Of a DNA stretch of 64,000 nt, positions 36,095-45,231 are shown one piece after another. The notes under the pieces are model-generated. The model was given only the letters and a program-made list of their open reading frames with translations. It searched no databases and was not told the DNA's origin. The position numbers and the translations under genes are program-made. Source of the DNA: an uncultured Gemmatimonadaceae bacterium (lineage in GTDB: Bacteria > Gemmatimonadota > Gemmatimonadetes > Gemmatimonadales > GWC2-71-9); the NCBI GenBank assembly GCA_964571795.1, contig CAZNDK010000012.1, positions 2,029 to 66,028 of the forward strand, in the 5' to 3' direction. How positions within the stretch are numbered: position 1 is the stretch's first letter; every line of letters begins with the position of its first letter.

Positions 36095-37101
36095 AGCTGG
36101 ACGTCGCGGCCGTCGTCGGCCGACTTGTAGATGGCGTCGATGACGCGGTGGAGGGCGATGTGCTCGTCGAGGCTGGGCGCCTTGGCTTCCCCGCGGATGG
36201 CCGCGAGGAAGTGGGCCCACTCGGCGCGGTAGGACGCGGTAAAGCTGTTTTCGCGGGATACGGACCCGGTGGGCGCCACGTCCACCGGGGTGCCGTGCAT
36301 TTCCTTCCACACCTTCAACGGGCTGATGCTGGCCGTGCCCTTGCTGCCGCGGAGGCCCACGCCGAAGCGTTCCCCCTCCCCCAGGTGATGCCAGGTTACG
36401 TCCACGAAGATGCAGGCGCCGTTTTCGCACACCACGAACGCGCTGCCGGCGTGCTCGATGGCCTTTTCGCGGCCGGCGCGGTCCAGGGTGGCGCTGACCC
36501 GCACCGGCTTCGGGTTGCCGGCCAGCCAGAGCCCGAGGTCGAGGATGGACAGGCCGAGGTCGAGCATCGCGCCGCCGCCGGCGAGGTCGCGCTTCAGGCG
36601 CCAGCCGAGCATGGACCGGCTGGGCCGGAACACGTGCCAGCTGCCCCGGACGCTCTCGACCTCGCCGAGCTCACCGGTCTGGACGAAGCTGCGCACGATC
36701 TGCACGTCGGCGCGGTAGCGGTGGTTCATCCCGACCATCACCACCCGGTCGCGCTTCTCGGCGGCGCGGACGACCCGCAGGGCCCCGGCGGTGTTGAGGG
36801 CCAGCGGCTTTTCCACCAGGACATGGAGGCCCGCCCGGAGCGCGGCGAGGACGTGCCCCTCGTGCAGGTGATTGGGGGTGCAGATGACGACGGCGTCCAG
36901 CTGGGAGTTGCCGACCAGCTCCTCGATGTCGTCGTAGGCGTCCTTGACCTGGAAGCGGTCGGCCAGCGCGCGCGCCTTGGGGAAGTCCGAGTCGACGACG
37001 CCCGCCACCTCGACCCCCTTGAGCTTCCGAAGGACGGGCAGGTGCGCCACCTGGGTGATGGCCCCGGCGCCGACGACGCCCACGCGCAGTGTCTCGCTCA
37101 T
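36091..37101 (-). CDS. Gfo/Idh/MocA family oxidoreductase
   Basis: LRVGVVGAGAITQVAHLPVL Rossmann motif; ...VVICTPNHLHEGHVLAALRAGLHVLVEKP. GGGGAG Shine-Dalgarno. Confidence 0.9.
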   Translation of the reverse strand: MSETLRVGVVGAGAITQVAHLPVLRKLKGVEVAGVVDSDFPKARALADRFQVKDAYDDIEELVGNSQLDAVVICTPNHLHEGHVLAALRAGLHVLVEKPLALNTAGALRVVRAAEKRDRVVMVGMNHRYRADVQIVRSFVQTGELGEVESVRGSWHVFRPSRSMLGWRLKRDLAGGGAMLDLGLSILDLGLWLAGNPKPVRVSATLDRAGREKAIEHAGSAFVVCENGACIFVDVTWHHLGEGERFGVGLRGSKGTASISPLKVWKEMHGTPVDVAPTGSVSRENSFTASYRAEWAHFLAAIRGEAKAPSLDEHIALHRVIDAIYKSADDGRDVQL

Positions 37102-37123
37102 CGCTCGCTCCCCGATTGGCGGG

Positions 37124-38479
37124 TCAGTTCAGGCGCTCGATTCTGGTCGAAGGATAATACGCCACGAGGATCTGCTCGTACCCCTGCCCCTCGCGTGCCC
37201 GGCCCACGGCGCCCCACTGGCAGAACCCGACGCCGTGGCCGGCGCCGCGGCCGTCGATGGCGAGCCAGCTCACCCGCGCCCCGTCGGCGCGCTCGTCGAT
37301 GTCGAACGCCGTGCTGCGCAGGATCTCGCCGCTAGACAGGAGGAACGCCCGGCGCACCGCCTGGCCGGCGACCGTCACCCGCTGTCCGCGAAGCCGGAAC
37401 TCCACCGCGTCCACCCGGCCCGACGGTGTGCGCTTCGTGACCTTGACGGCCTCGACGTCGTTCATCGCGGCGGGGCTCACCTGGGCGAGCCCGGGCAGGG
37501 TGCGCCTGAGCATCGCCTCGAGACTGTCGCCGCTGTATTCCTCCCGCCAGCGAAACCGGGGCGAGAACCGGCAGTAGGCCAGCCCATCGGCGTCGACGTC
37601 CGACACGGACTTGAGGTACGGATCGCCCGCCAGCTGGAAGACCGCCACGCCCGACTCGGTGCGCCCCCCGCAGGTGGAGTAGAAGAACGCGTCGATCGGC
37701 CTGCCCTGCCAGGTGATGACCTGCGCCCGCGTGCCGCGCACCGCCTCCCAGCTCATCGCCGTTTCGCTGCCGACGCCGCCGTACACCTGGTCGGCCACCG
37801 TGCCGTACAGGTCGAAGCCCAGGGCGCGGCGCTTGCCCAGGTTCTTCACCGCGTAGGTGCGCGAAATGACGGCCTGGGCGTACACCGCCTGCGCCTCGAT
37901 CGATTCCCGCCTTCCCATCTCGGCGGACAGCACCCCCGCCAGGTAGGACTCGATCCCGAGCCGGTTGACGGCAGTGAGCCCCGACGGCCCGGCGATGATC
38001 GTGACCTCGCCACGGTAGTCGCGCCCGTCGATCCGGACGAACTGCCCGGGATGAAGCGGGGTGACGACGACGGCGTCCACCCGGCCGCCGTTGAGTCCGG
38101 CTGGCCCAAGCAGCGACATCTGTGCCCCGGCCGGCCGAAGGTGCCACGAGGAGCCCTCGATCACGTCCTGCAGCCGCGCACCGGCGGGGTCGGTGATGAC
38201 CAGGGGATCGGCGCCGCCGATGGTGATTTCGGCCGACCCCACGAGGATGCCGATCCGCACGTCCATCGTGCTCACCACCGTGTCGGGCGGCATCGGCGCG
38301 TTGGGCGGGCCCCCGGGGCCGGAGTCCACGACCGGCAGCGGCGGCGCGGCCTGCGCGACCGGGCTCTCCGGCGCCTGAGCAGGCGCCGGTGCGGTCTCGG
38401 GCTGGCTCGGGTTGCAGGACGCGACGGCGACGGCCGCGGCCGCCGCGACCATCAGCACGGAGCTGAGGCGCGGCATCAC
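37124..38479 (-). CDS. SpoIID/LytB domain-containing protein
   Basis: 451 aa with a signal/lipobox (AVAVASC). SpoIID core: YLAGVLSAEMG...EAQAVYAQAVISRTYA...QVYGG...FFYSTCGGRTES...CQWGA. Confidence 0.85.
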   Translation of the reverse strand: MMPRLSSVLMVAAAAAVAVASCNPSQPETAPAPAQAPESPVAQAAPPLPVVDSGPGGPPNAPMPPDTVVSTMDVRIGILVGSAEITIGGADPLVITDPAGARLQDVIEGSSWHLRPAGAQMSLLGPAGLNGGRVDAVVVTPLHPGQFVRIDGRDYRGEVTIIAGPSGLTAVNRLGIESYLAGVLSAEMGRRESIEAQAVYAQAVISRTYAVKNLGKRRALGFDLYGTVADQVYGGVGSETAMSWEAVRGTRAQVITWQGRPIDAFFYSTCGGRTESGVAVFQLAGDPYLKSVSDVDADGLAYCRFSPRFRWREEYSGDSLEAMLRRTLPGLAQVSPAAMNDVEAVKVTKRTPSGRVDAVEFRLRGQRVTVAGQAVRRAFLLSSGEILRSTAFDIDERADGARVSWLAIDGRGAGHGVGFCQWGAVGRAREGQGYEQILVAYYPSTRIERLN

Positions 38480-38982
38480 CCGCGGTAATTCCCGAAGCGA
38501 AGCTCGATCCCGAAATCCTCGCTCTTCAGGAATGCCATCACGGCCTGCAGCTCGTCGCGCGAGGGGCTGGACACCCGGATTTCGTCGCCCTGGATGCTCG
38601 CGGTGACCTTCTTGAAGCCCTTGTTGTCCTTGATGGCCTTCGTGATCCGTTTGGCGACGTCGCCCGCGATGGCCTGGGTGAGCGTGACGGTGCAGCGCAC
38701 CGAGGTGCCGGTGGCCGCCTCGAAGTCGCTGGTCGTCATGTTCTTGATGGGCACGCCGCGCTTGATGAGGCGGCCCTGCAGCACGTCGAGCAGGCTCTTC
38801 ATGCGGAACTCGTCGTCGGCGTGCAGGCGGATTTCCGCCTTGGCGCGGTCGAACTCGACCGTGCAGTGCGTGCCCTTGAAGTCGTAGCGCTGCTGGATTT
38901 CCTTGAGCGCCTGGTTGACGGCGTTGTCGACCTCCTGCAGGTCGGCGCCGGTGGAGATGTCGAAGGAGGAGTTAGTCGCCAT
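38476..38982 (-). CDS. yajQ: YajQ family (UPF0234) nucleotide / cyclic-di-GMP-binding protein
   Basis: SSFDISTGADLQEVDNAVNQALKEIQQRYDFKG... is the canonical YajQ N-terminus. 168 aa. Confidence 0.9.
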   Translation of the reverse strand: MATNSSFDISTGADLQEVDNAVNQALKEIQQRYDFKGTHCTVEFDRAKAEIRLHADDEFRMKSLLDVLQGRLIKRGVPIKNMTTSDFEAATGTSVRCTVTLTQAIAGDVAKRITKAIKDNKGFKKVTASIQGDEIRVSSPSRDELQAVMAFLKSEDFGIELRFGNYRG

Positions 38983-39029
38983 GTGGGGAGGGGGAAAGAG
39001 AACAGAGGACTGAGGACTGAGGCAGCGCC

Positions 39030-39899
39030 TTAGGAGAGGAAGCTCTCCAGCGAGCGGGCCCGGCTCACGTGACGGAGGCGGCTCAGCGCCTTTTCCTTGA
39101 TCTGGCGGACCCGCTCCCGGGTGATGCCGAGCAGCGTCCCAATTTCCTCGAGGGTCATCGGCTCCGGCCCGTCGAGGCCGAAGTAGAGGCGCAGGATCTT
39201 GGCCTCCCGCTCCTTGAGCGTCGAGAGCACCTCCTCGATGCCCTCCGTGAGCGCGTGCTCGAAGGTCTCGCTGTCGGGGCCGGCGTTCTGGGTGTCGGGG
39301 AGGTAATCAAGCAGGCGGTTGTCTTCGCCGGGCGTCATCGGTGCATCCAGCGAGAGGTGCCCCTGGCTGATGGAGAGGGTCTTCTGGACCTCCTCCATCG
39401 AGATGTCCATCCCCTCGGCGATTTCCGCGGGCGTGGGCTCCCGGCCCAGCTCCTGGAGGAGCATTGAGCTCTTCTTGCCGATGCGGTGGAGCGTGCCGGC
39501 ACGGTTGAGGGGCACCCGCACGATCCGGCTCTGCTCCGCCAGGGCCTGCAGGATGGCCTGCCGGATCCACCAGACGGCGTACGAGATGAACTTGATGCCT
39601 TTCGTCTCGTCGAACTTGTGCGCCGCCCGGATGAGGCCGAGGTTGCCCTCGTTGATCAGGTCGGCGAGGCTGACGCCCTGGTTCTGGTATTTCTTGGCCA
39701 CCGACACGACGAACCGCAGGTTGCTGCGCACCAGCTTGTCGAGCGACTCGGCGTCGCCCTTCCGGATGCCCTGCGCGAGGGTGACCTCCTCCGACTGCGG
39801 GATCAGCGGGTAGCGGCTGATCTCGCGGAGGTACTGGTCGAGCGACCCCTCGTCGGAGGTGGGACCTCGTCGGGTGGATCCGACTTGCAGTGGGCGCAT
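39030..39899 (-). CDS. rpoD: RNA polymerase sigma-70 family factor, RpoD/SigA-like, short form lacking region 1.1
   Basis: 289 aa. Region 1.2 (LDQYLREISRYPLI), region 2 (RFVVSVAKKYQNQGVSLADLINEGNLGLIRAAHKFD...KFISYAVWWIRQAI), region 3, and region 4 (ILRLYFGL...TLEEIG...ITRERVRQIKEKAL). GAGGTT Shine-Dalgarno. Confidence 0.9.
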   Translation of the reverse strand: MRPLQVGSTRRGPTSDEGSLDQYLREISRYPLIPQSEEVTLAQGIRKGDAESLDKLVRSNLRFVVSVAKKYQNQGVSLADLINEGNLGLIRAAHKFDETKGIKFISYAVWWIRQAILQALAEQSRIVRVPLNRAGTLHRIGKKSSMLLQELGREPTPAEIAEGMDISMEEVQKTLSISQGHLSLDAPMTPGEDNRLLDYLPDTQNAGPDSETFEHALTEGIEEVLSTLKEREAKILRLYFGLDGPEPMTLEEIGTLLGITRERVRQIKEKALSRLRHVSRARSLESFLS

Positions 39900-39972
39900 G
39901 CGCGGAAACCTCGGGTGGGCCGGCGACTACTCCGGAACCTTAGCGGCCGCCTGCCAGCGGCGCAACCGGCGG

Positions 39973-41466
39973 TCAGTCATCGTAGTTGTCGATCTGCGCA
40001 CGCTGGAGGCTCCCGCTGTAATCCACGTAGCCCACCTTGGTCTCGGAGTAGAACTCGAAGACCTCCCACCCGCCCTCGCGGTGCCCGTTGCCGGTCTGCT
40101 TCACGCCGCCGAAGGGGAGATGCGCCTCCGCGCCGATGGTCGGGGCGTTGACGTAGGTGATGCCGTTGTCCAGTTCCTGCAGGGCGCGGAATGCGAGGTT
40201 CACGTCCTGGGTGTACAACGAGCTGGAGAGGCCGTACTTCACGCCATTGTTGACCCGCACCGCCTCGTCGAAGCTCCGCACCTTGATGACGCTGAGCACC
40301 GGGCCGAAGATCTCCTCCTGCGCCAGCCGCATGGACGGCGTCACCCCGGCAAAGATTGTGGGCCGGAAGAAGAACCCGTGGCCTAGCCGCTCGCCGCCCG
40401 GCTTCTTCCCGCCGGTGAGGAGTTCGGCGCCCTCCTCCTGCCCGATGGCCACGTAGGACTCCACCTTCTGCCGGGACCGCTCGTGGATCAGCGGACCGAC
40501 GTCGTTGCCCGCCTGTCGGCCATCGCCGAGCCGGAGCGCTTCCGCCGCGTCCACCAGCTTCCGGAGGAAGCGGTCGTGGATCTTCTGGTGGAGGATCAGG
40601 CGGCTGGTGGCGGTGCAGCGCTGCCCTGTGGTGCCGAACGCGCCCCACAGCACGCCGTCGAGCGCCAGGTCGAGGTCCGCGTCGTCCATGACGATCTGGG
40701 CGTTCTTGCCCCCCATTTCCAGCGACAGCCGCTTGTGCATTCGGCCGCACGTTTCGCCAATGAACGATCCGGTGGCCGTGGAGCCGGTAAAGGAGACGAC
40801 CGGCACCTCGGGATGTTCCACCAGTGCCTTGCCGGCCGACGCCCCGCGGCCGTGCACCAGCTGGATGACCTCCGGAGGGAGGCCGGCCTCGAGCAGGAGC
40901 TCGACGAGGCGGTGCGTGGTGTGGGGCACGTCTTCCGACGGCTTGATGATCACCGCGTTCCCGCAGAGGAGCGCCGGGAACATCTTCCAGGTCGGGATGG
41001 CGAGCGGGAAGTTGAACGGGGTGATGAGCCCGGCCACCCCGATCGGGCGGCGGAAGCTCATGGCCCACTTGGCCCGAAGCTCGGAGGGCACCGTGTGCCC
41101 GAAGAGCCGGCGCCCCTCGGTGGCCGCGTAGTACGCGGTGTCGATGCCCTCCTGCACGTCGCCGCGCGTCTCGGCGAGCACCTTGCCCATCTCGCGCGTC
41201 ATGCCGTCGGCCAGCTCCTCCTTGTGCCGCACCAGCAGGTCGCCCAGCCGGCGGAGGACGTCGCCGCGTGCGGGCGCCGGCGTGCGGCGCCAGAGCTCGA
41301 ATCCGCGCTTGGCGGACCGGACCGCCGCCTGCACGTCGGCGCCGCCCGAATCGGGGAAGCGGCCGATCAGGTCGCGGGTGTCGGCGGGGTTGCGGTTCTC
41401 GAACCAGGTTCCGGTGGTCGGCGCCACCCAGGATCCGGCGATGAAGTTCTTGAAGGTCTTTGCCAT
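39973..41466 (-). CDS. Aldehyde dehydrogenase family protein (NAD(P)+)
   Basis: 497 aa: KNFIAGSWV...NPA..., GSTATG, catalytic ELGGKN-type (LEMGGKNA) and GQRCTA Cys motif, and the EEIFGPV motif. Confidence 0.92.
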   Translation of the reverse strand: MAKTFKNFIAGSWVAPTTGTWFENRNPADTRDLIGRFPDSGGADVQAAVRSAKRGFELWRRTPAPARGDVLRRLGDLLVRHKEELADGMTREMGKVLAETRGDVQEGIDTAYYAATEGRRLFGHTVPSELRAKWAMSFRRPIGVAGLITPFNFPLAIPTWKMFPALLCGNAVIIKPSEDVPHTTHRLVELLLEAGLPPEVIQLVHGRGASAGKALVEHPEVPVVSFTGSTATGSFIGETCGRMHKRLSLEMGGKNAQIVMDDADLDLALDGVLWGAFGTTGQRCTATSRLILHQKIHDRFLRKLVDAAEALRLGDGRQAGNDVGPLIHERSRQKVESYVAIGQEEGAELLTGGKKPGGERLGHGFFFRPTIFAGVTPSMRLAQEEIFGPVLSVIKVRSFDEAVRVNNGVKYGLSSSLYTQDVNLAFRALQELDNGITYVNAPTIGAEAHLPFGGVKQTGNGHREGGWEVFEFYSETKVGYVDYSGSLQRAQIDNYDD

Positions 41467-41502
41467 CGGGCTTTCAGGGGTCGGTGTGAATGGAAGGGGG
41501 TG

Positions 41503-41936
41503 CTACTCGCACAACCAGGGGAGGACGGTGGCGGTGTACCCGAACCGGGGCAGCAGCACCGTGGCGACCAGCGCGAGCCCGCCGAGGAAGACGCCGAGGC
41601 CGACGAGGTGTGCCCAGCCCTGCCGGCGGCTCCAGCTGACGATCATGGTCCAGGCCCCCGCCACGGCCACCGTGGCGGCGGAGCCCAGATAGAGGACGAG
41701 CCCGAGCCCGCACCGGTGCGCGTAGGGCCACTGCAGGACGGCCACGGCGACCAGGATGCCGAGCGCGGCGCGAACCCAGGTAGTGATGGTGGTCCGCCGG
41801 GAGAGCGAGCGGCCCGGCGCCGCGGCGGGCGCCCCCCCGCCCCGTTGCGCGGGCACGGAGGCCGGCGCGCCGCCGCCCTTCGCCATGACCTTGTCGATGG
41901 CGGCGAGTTCCTTGTCCCAGTCCCTGGGCTGGTCGC

Positions 41937-41940
<4 letters not shown>
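41503..41940 (-). CDS. Small membrane protein (3 predicted TM segments), unknown function
   Basis: 145-aa ORF. Its start overlaps the regulator's stop (ATGA-type 4-nt overlap). It has a Gly/Ala/Pro-rich cytoplasmic head followed by three hydrophobic helices. Confidence 0.6.
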
Positions 41941-43315
<1,375 letters not shown>

Positions 43316-43319
<4 letters not shown>

Positions 43320-43966
43320 GGCTGTCGGCCCGAAGGATACAATGTCACGCCGTCCGGATGCACCCGCACGCCGCCGATGCCCTCGGGCACCTCGATGGTC
43401 AGGACGCTGTCGCGCTGGTCGCCGGCCACGAGGCCGACGATGCGGGGCACCACTTCGCGGGGGAACTCGAAGTCCCGCACCTGGAACGCGTCCACCTGCC
43501 ACGTGGCGCGGCCGGGAGCCAGGATCCGGACGGGGCCCGCTGCGCGAATCGGTTCGCGCTCGTCGAAGGCGCCGGCCAGGGGGCCGAGCACCTCGCGGGG
43601 CAGCCCCTCCGTCCGGATGCGCCCCGCCACGCTGATGCGGTCGGTGCCCAGGGTCACCTGCAGCGAGTCGAGTTCGTTCCGCACCCGGCTGTCCAATCCG
43701 GCGCCGATGAGGGACGCCATCTCCGCGGCCGTGAGCACCACGGAGTCGGCGCGCCACCCGTTCAGGCTGTCGATCTTGTTCGTGGCACTCTGGAGTGATT
43801 CCTCGCCGGGACGCCCGGTCGCGCCGACCGCATCCGCGGAGGGGCGGTCGGTCAACCGGCGCCAGTACCCGGCGATCCGCTCGCGCTCGGTCCACCCGAA
43901 ATAGACGACGGCCGCAAGGAGGAGGAGCGACAGCAATCGGCCAGGGAGCGCCAGACACCCCCGCAT
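43316..43966 (-). CDS. Membrane-anchored hypothetical protein
   Basis: 216 aa. It has an N-terminal TM segment ([15 protein letters not shown]) and a soluble domain of ordinary composition. It is translationally coupled to the genes on both sides (it abuts the larE-like stop and overlaps the regulator start by 4 nt). I recognise no family. Confidence 0.65.
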
Positions 43967-44779
43967 TCAGTCGCCTCCCTGGCCGGCGGCGAGGGGGAGC
44001 AGACCGCCCCGCCGATAGCCGCGGGGGTCCAGCACGGCTTCATCGAAGCCGAGCGCGAGGAGCCCGGCGGACACGGCGCCCCACCGCGCCTCGACCAACG
44101 GACGCTCCGAGGGAAGCACTTCCACGCTGGCCCGGCCACCCAAATGGCGGACCCGCACGTCACCCTGCACCCCGCACTCCCGGACGAGCACCTCCGCCTG
44201 CTCCACCTGGCGCAAGCGCTCCGGGGTGACGGACAGGCCATACTGGATGCGGCTCGAGAGGCACGGCGCGGCGGGAGCATCCCAGGTCGGCAGGCCCAGC
44301 TGGCGGGCTGCCTCGCGCACGTCCGCCTTCGACCAGCCGAGTTCCACGAAGGGCGAGTGCACCCGCCGGGCCGTTCCCGCCTCGGCGCCGGGCCGGTGCT
44401 CCCGGAGGTCGTCGGCATTGGTCCCGTCGAGCAGCACGTCAAATCCCCGTTCGGCGGCCACCGCCCCGAGCACCCGCCAGAGTTCCGATTTGCAGAAGTA
44501 ACACCGATTGAGGGGATTGGCGGTGTAGGCGGGGTCGGCGAGTTCGTGGGTGTCCACCTCGAGGAGCGGCACGGCAAATCGGGCCGCGAGCTCGAGGGCG
44601 GTGCGCCACTGCACTTCCGGGTAGGAGGCGCTCCGGCCGATCACGGCCAGGAAGCGGGACGGCCCCAGGCGCCTGGCGCCGACGACCGCGAGCACTGCCG
44701 AATCCACCCCGCCGGAGTAGCCCAGCACCGCGCTCGGGAACGAACCCAGGTGCGCGTCCAATTGGTCGATGGTCGCCAT
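43967..44779 (-). CDS. larE: PP-loop ATP-utilising sulfur transferase, LarE family (three-Cys type)
   Basis: 270 aa. PP-loop [10 protein letters not shown]. Other motifs: NRCYFCK, RPG, APCLSSR, and [14 protein letters not shown]. It aligns by eye with Lactobacillus LarE architecture. Confidence 0.8.
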   Translation of the reverse strand: MATIDQLDAHLGSFPSAVLGYSGGVDSAVLAVVGARRLGPSRFLAVIGRSASYPEVQWRTALELAARFAVPLLEVDTHELADPAYTANPLNRCYFCKSELWRVLGAVAAERGFDVLLDGTNADDLREHRPGAEAGTARRVHSPFVELGWSKADVREAARQLGLPTWDAPAAPCLSSRIQYGLSVTPERLRQVEQAEVLVRECGVQGDVRVRHLGGRASVEVLPSERPLVEARWGAVSAGLLALGFDEAVLDPRGYRRGGLLPLAAGQGGD

Positions 44780-44785
44780 CGGAGA

Positions 44786-44791
44786 AAACTA
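44786..44791 (-). promoter_or_regulatory. Weak candidate -10 box TAGTTT (minus strand), 6 nt upstream of larE ATG 44779
   Basis: Minus strand reads cacTAGTTTtctccgATG with no Shine-Dalgarno. The intergenic region is only 29 nt. Confidence 0.2.
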
Positions 44792-44796
44792 GTGGA

Positions 44797-44802
44797 TATC
44801 TT
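44797..44802 (+). promoter_or_regulatory. Candidate -10 box TATCTT, 6 nt upstream of arfB ATG 44809 (leaderless-type)
   Basis: ggaTATCTTttcggcATGcc with no Shine-Dalgarno. Confidence 0.3.
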
Positions 44803-44808
44803 TTCGGC

Positions 44809-45216
44809 ATGCCTGCACCGATTCCGCTCCACGAGCTGACCTTTCGCGCCACCCGGGCGGGCGGACCCGGCGGGCAGCACGTGAACACCTCGTCCACGCG
44901 GGTCGAGCTCTGGTGGCACGCCGCGGGGTCGCCGAGCCTGACGGAGGCGGAGCGCGCGCGGCTGGTTCACGTGCTGGGCCATCGGCTGGATAGCGACGGG
45001 TGGCTCCGGCTGGTGTCCGCGGCCACCCGGAGCCAGTTGCAGAACCGCGAGGCGGTCATCGAACGGCTCCAGCGACTGGTGGCCGAGGCGCTGGTGCCGC
45101 CCAAGCGCCGGCGGAAGACGAAGCCCCCGCGGGCCGCCGCCGAGCGACGACTTCAGGAAAAGAAGCGGCGCTCCGCCACCAAGGCGAAGCGCCGCACCCC
45201 TCCGCGCGACGACTGA
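44809..45216 (+). CDS. arfB: Alternative ribosome-rescue factor ArfB (RF-like peptidyl-tRNA hydrolase)
   Basis: 135 aa with the GGQ motif (RAGGPGGQHVNTSSTRVEL) and a basic C-terminal tail (PPKRRRKTKPPRAAAERRLQEKKRRSATKAKRR). Confidence 0.9.
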   Translation: MPAPIPLHELTFRATRAGGPGGQHVNTSSTRVELWWHAAGSPSLTEAERARLVHVLGHRLDSDGWLRLVSAATRSQLQNREAVIERLQRLVAEALVPPKRRRKTKPPRAAAERRLQEKKRRSATKAKRRTPPRDD

Positions 45217-45231
45217 CCGTCGCGCCGGCGG

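Noticed and set aside
35132-38488. ORFs 35132-36130 (+), 36031-37335 (+) and 36944-38488 (+) opposite the DUF4105, oxidoreductase and SpoIID genes
   Set aside because: These are antisense artefacts with Arg/Gly/Pro/His-rich composition.
39005-39022. Mini tandem repeat gaggact-gaggact-gagg between yajQ and the sigma factor gene
   Set aside because: It has only about 2.5 copies of a 7-mer, with no spacers or a larger array. It is not a CRISPR or a meaningful satellite, and most likely just a purine-rich 3' UTR or Shine-Dalgarno-like stretch.
43967-44779. LarE as evidence for a nickel-pincer (Lar) cofactor pathway in this window
   Set aside because: No larA, larB or larC is present in the window. 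The PP-loop family is broad, so only the family-level call is supported.
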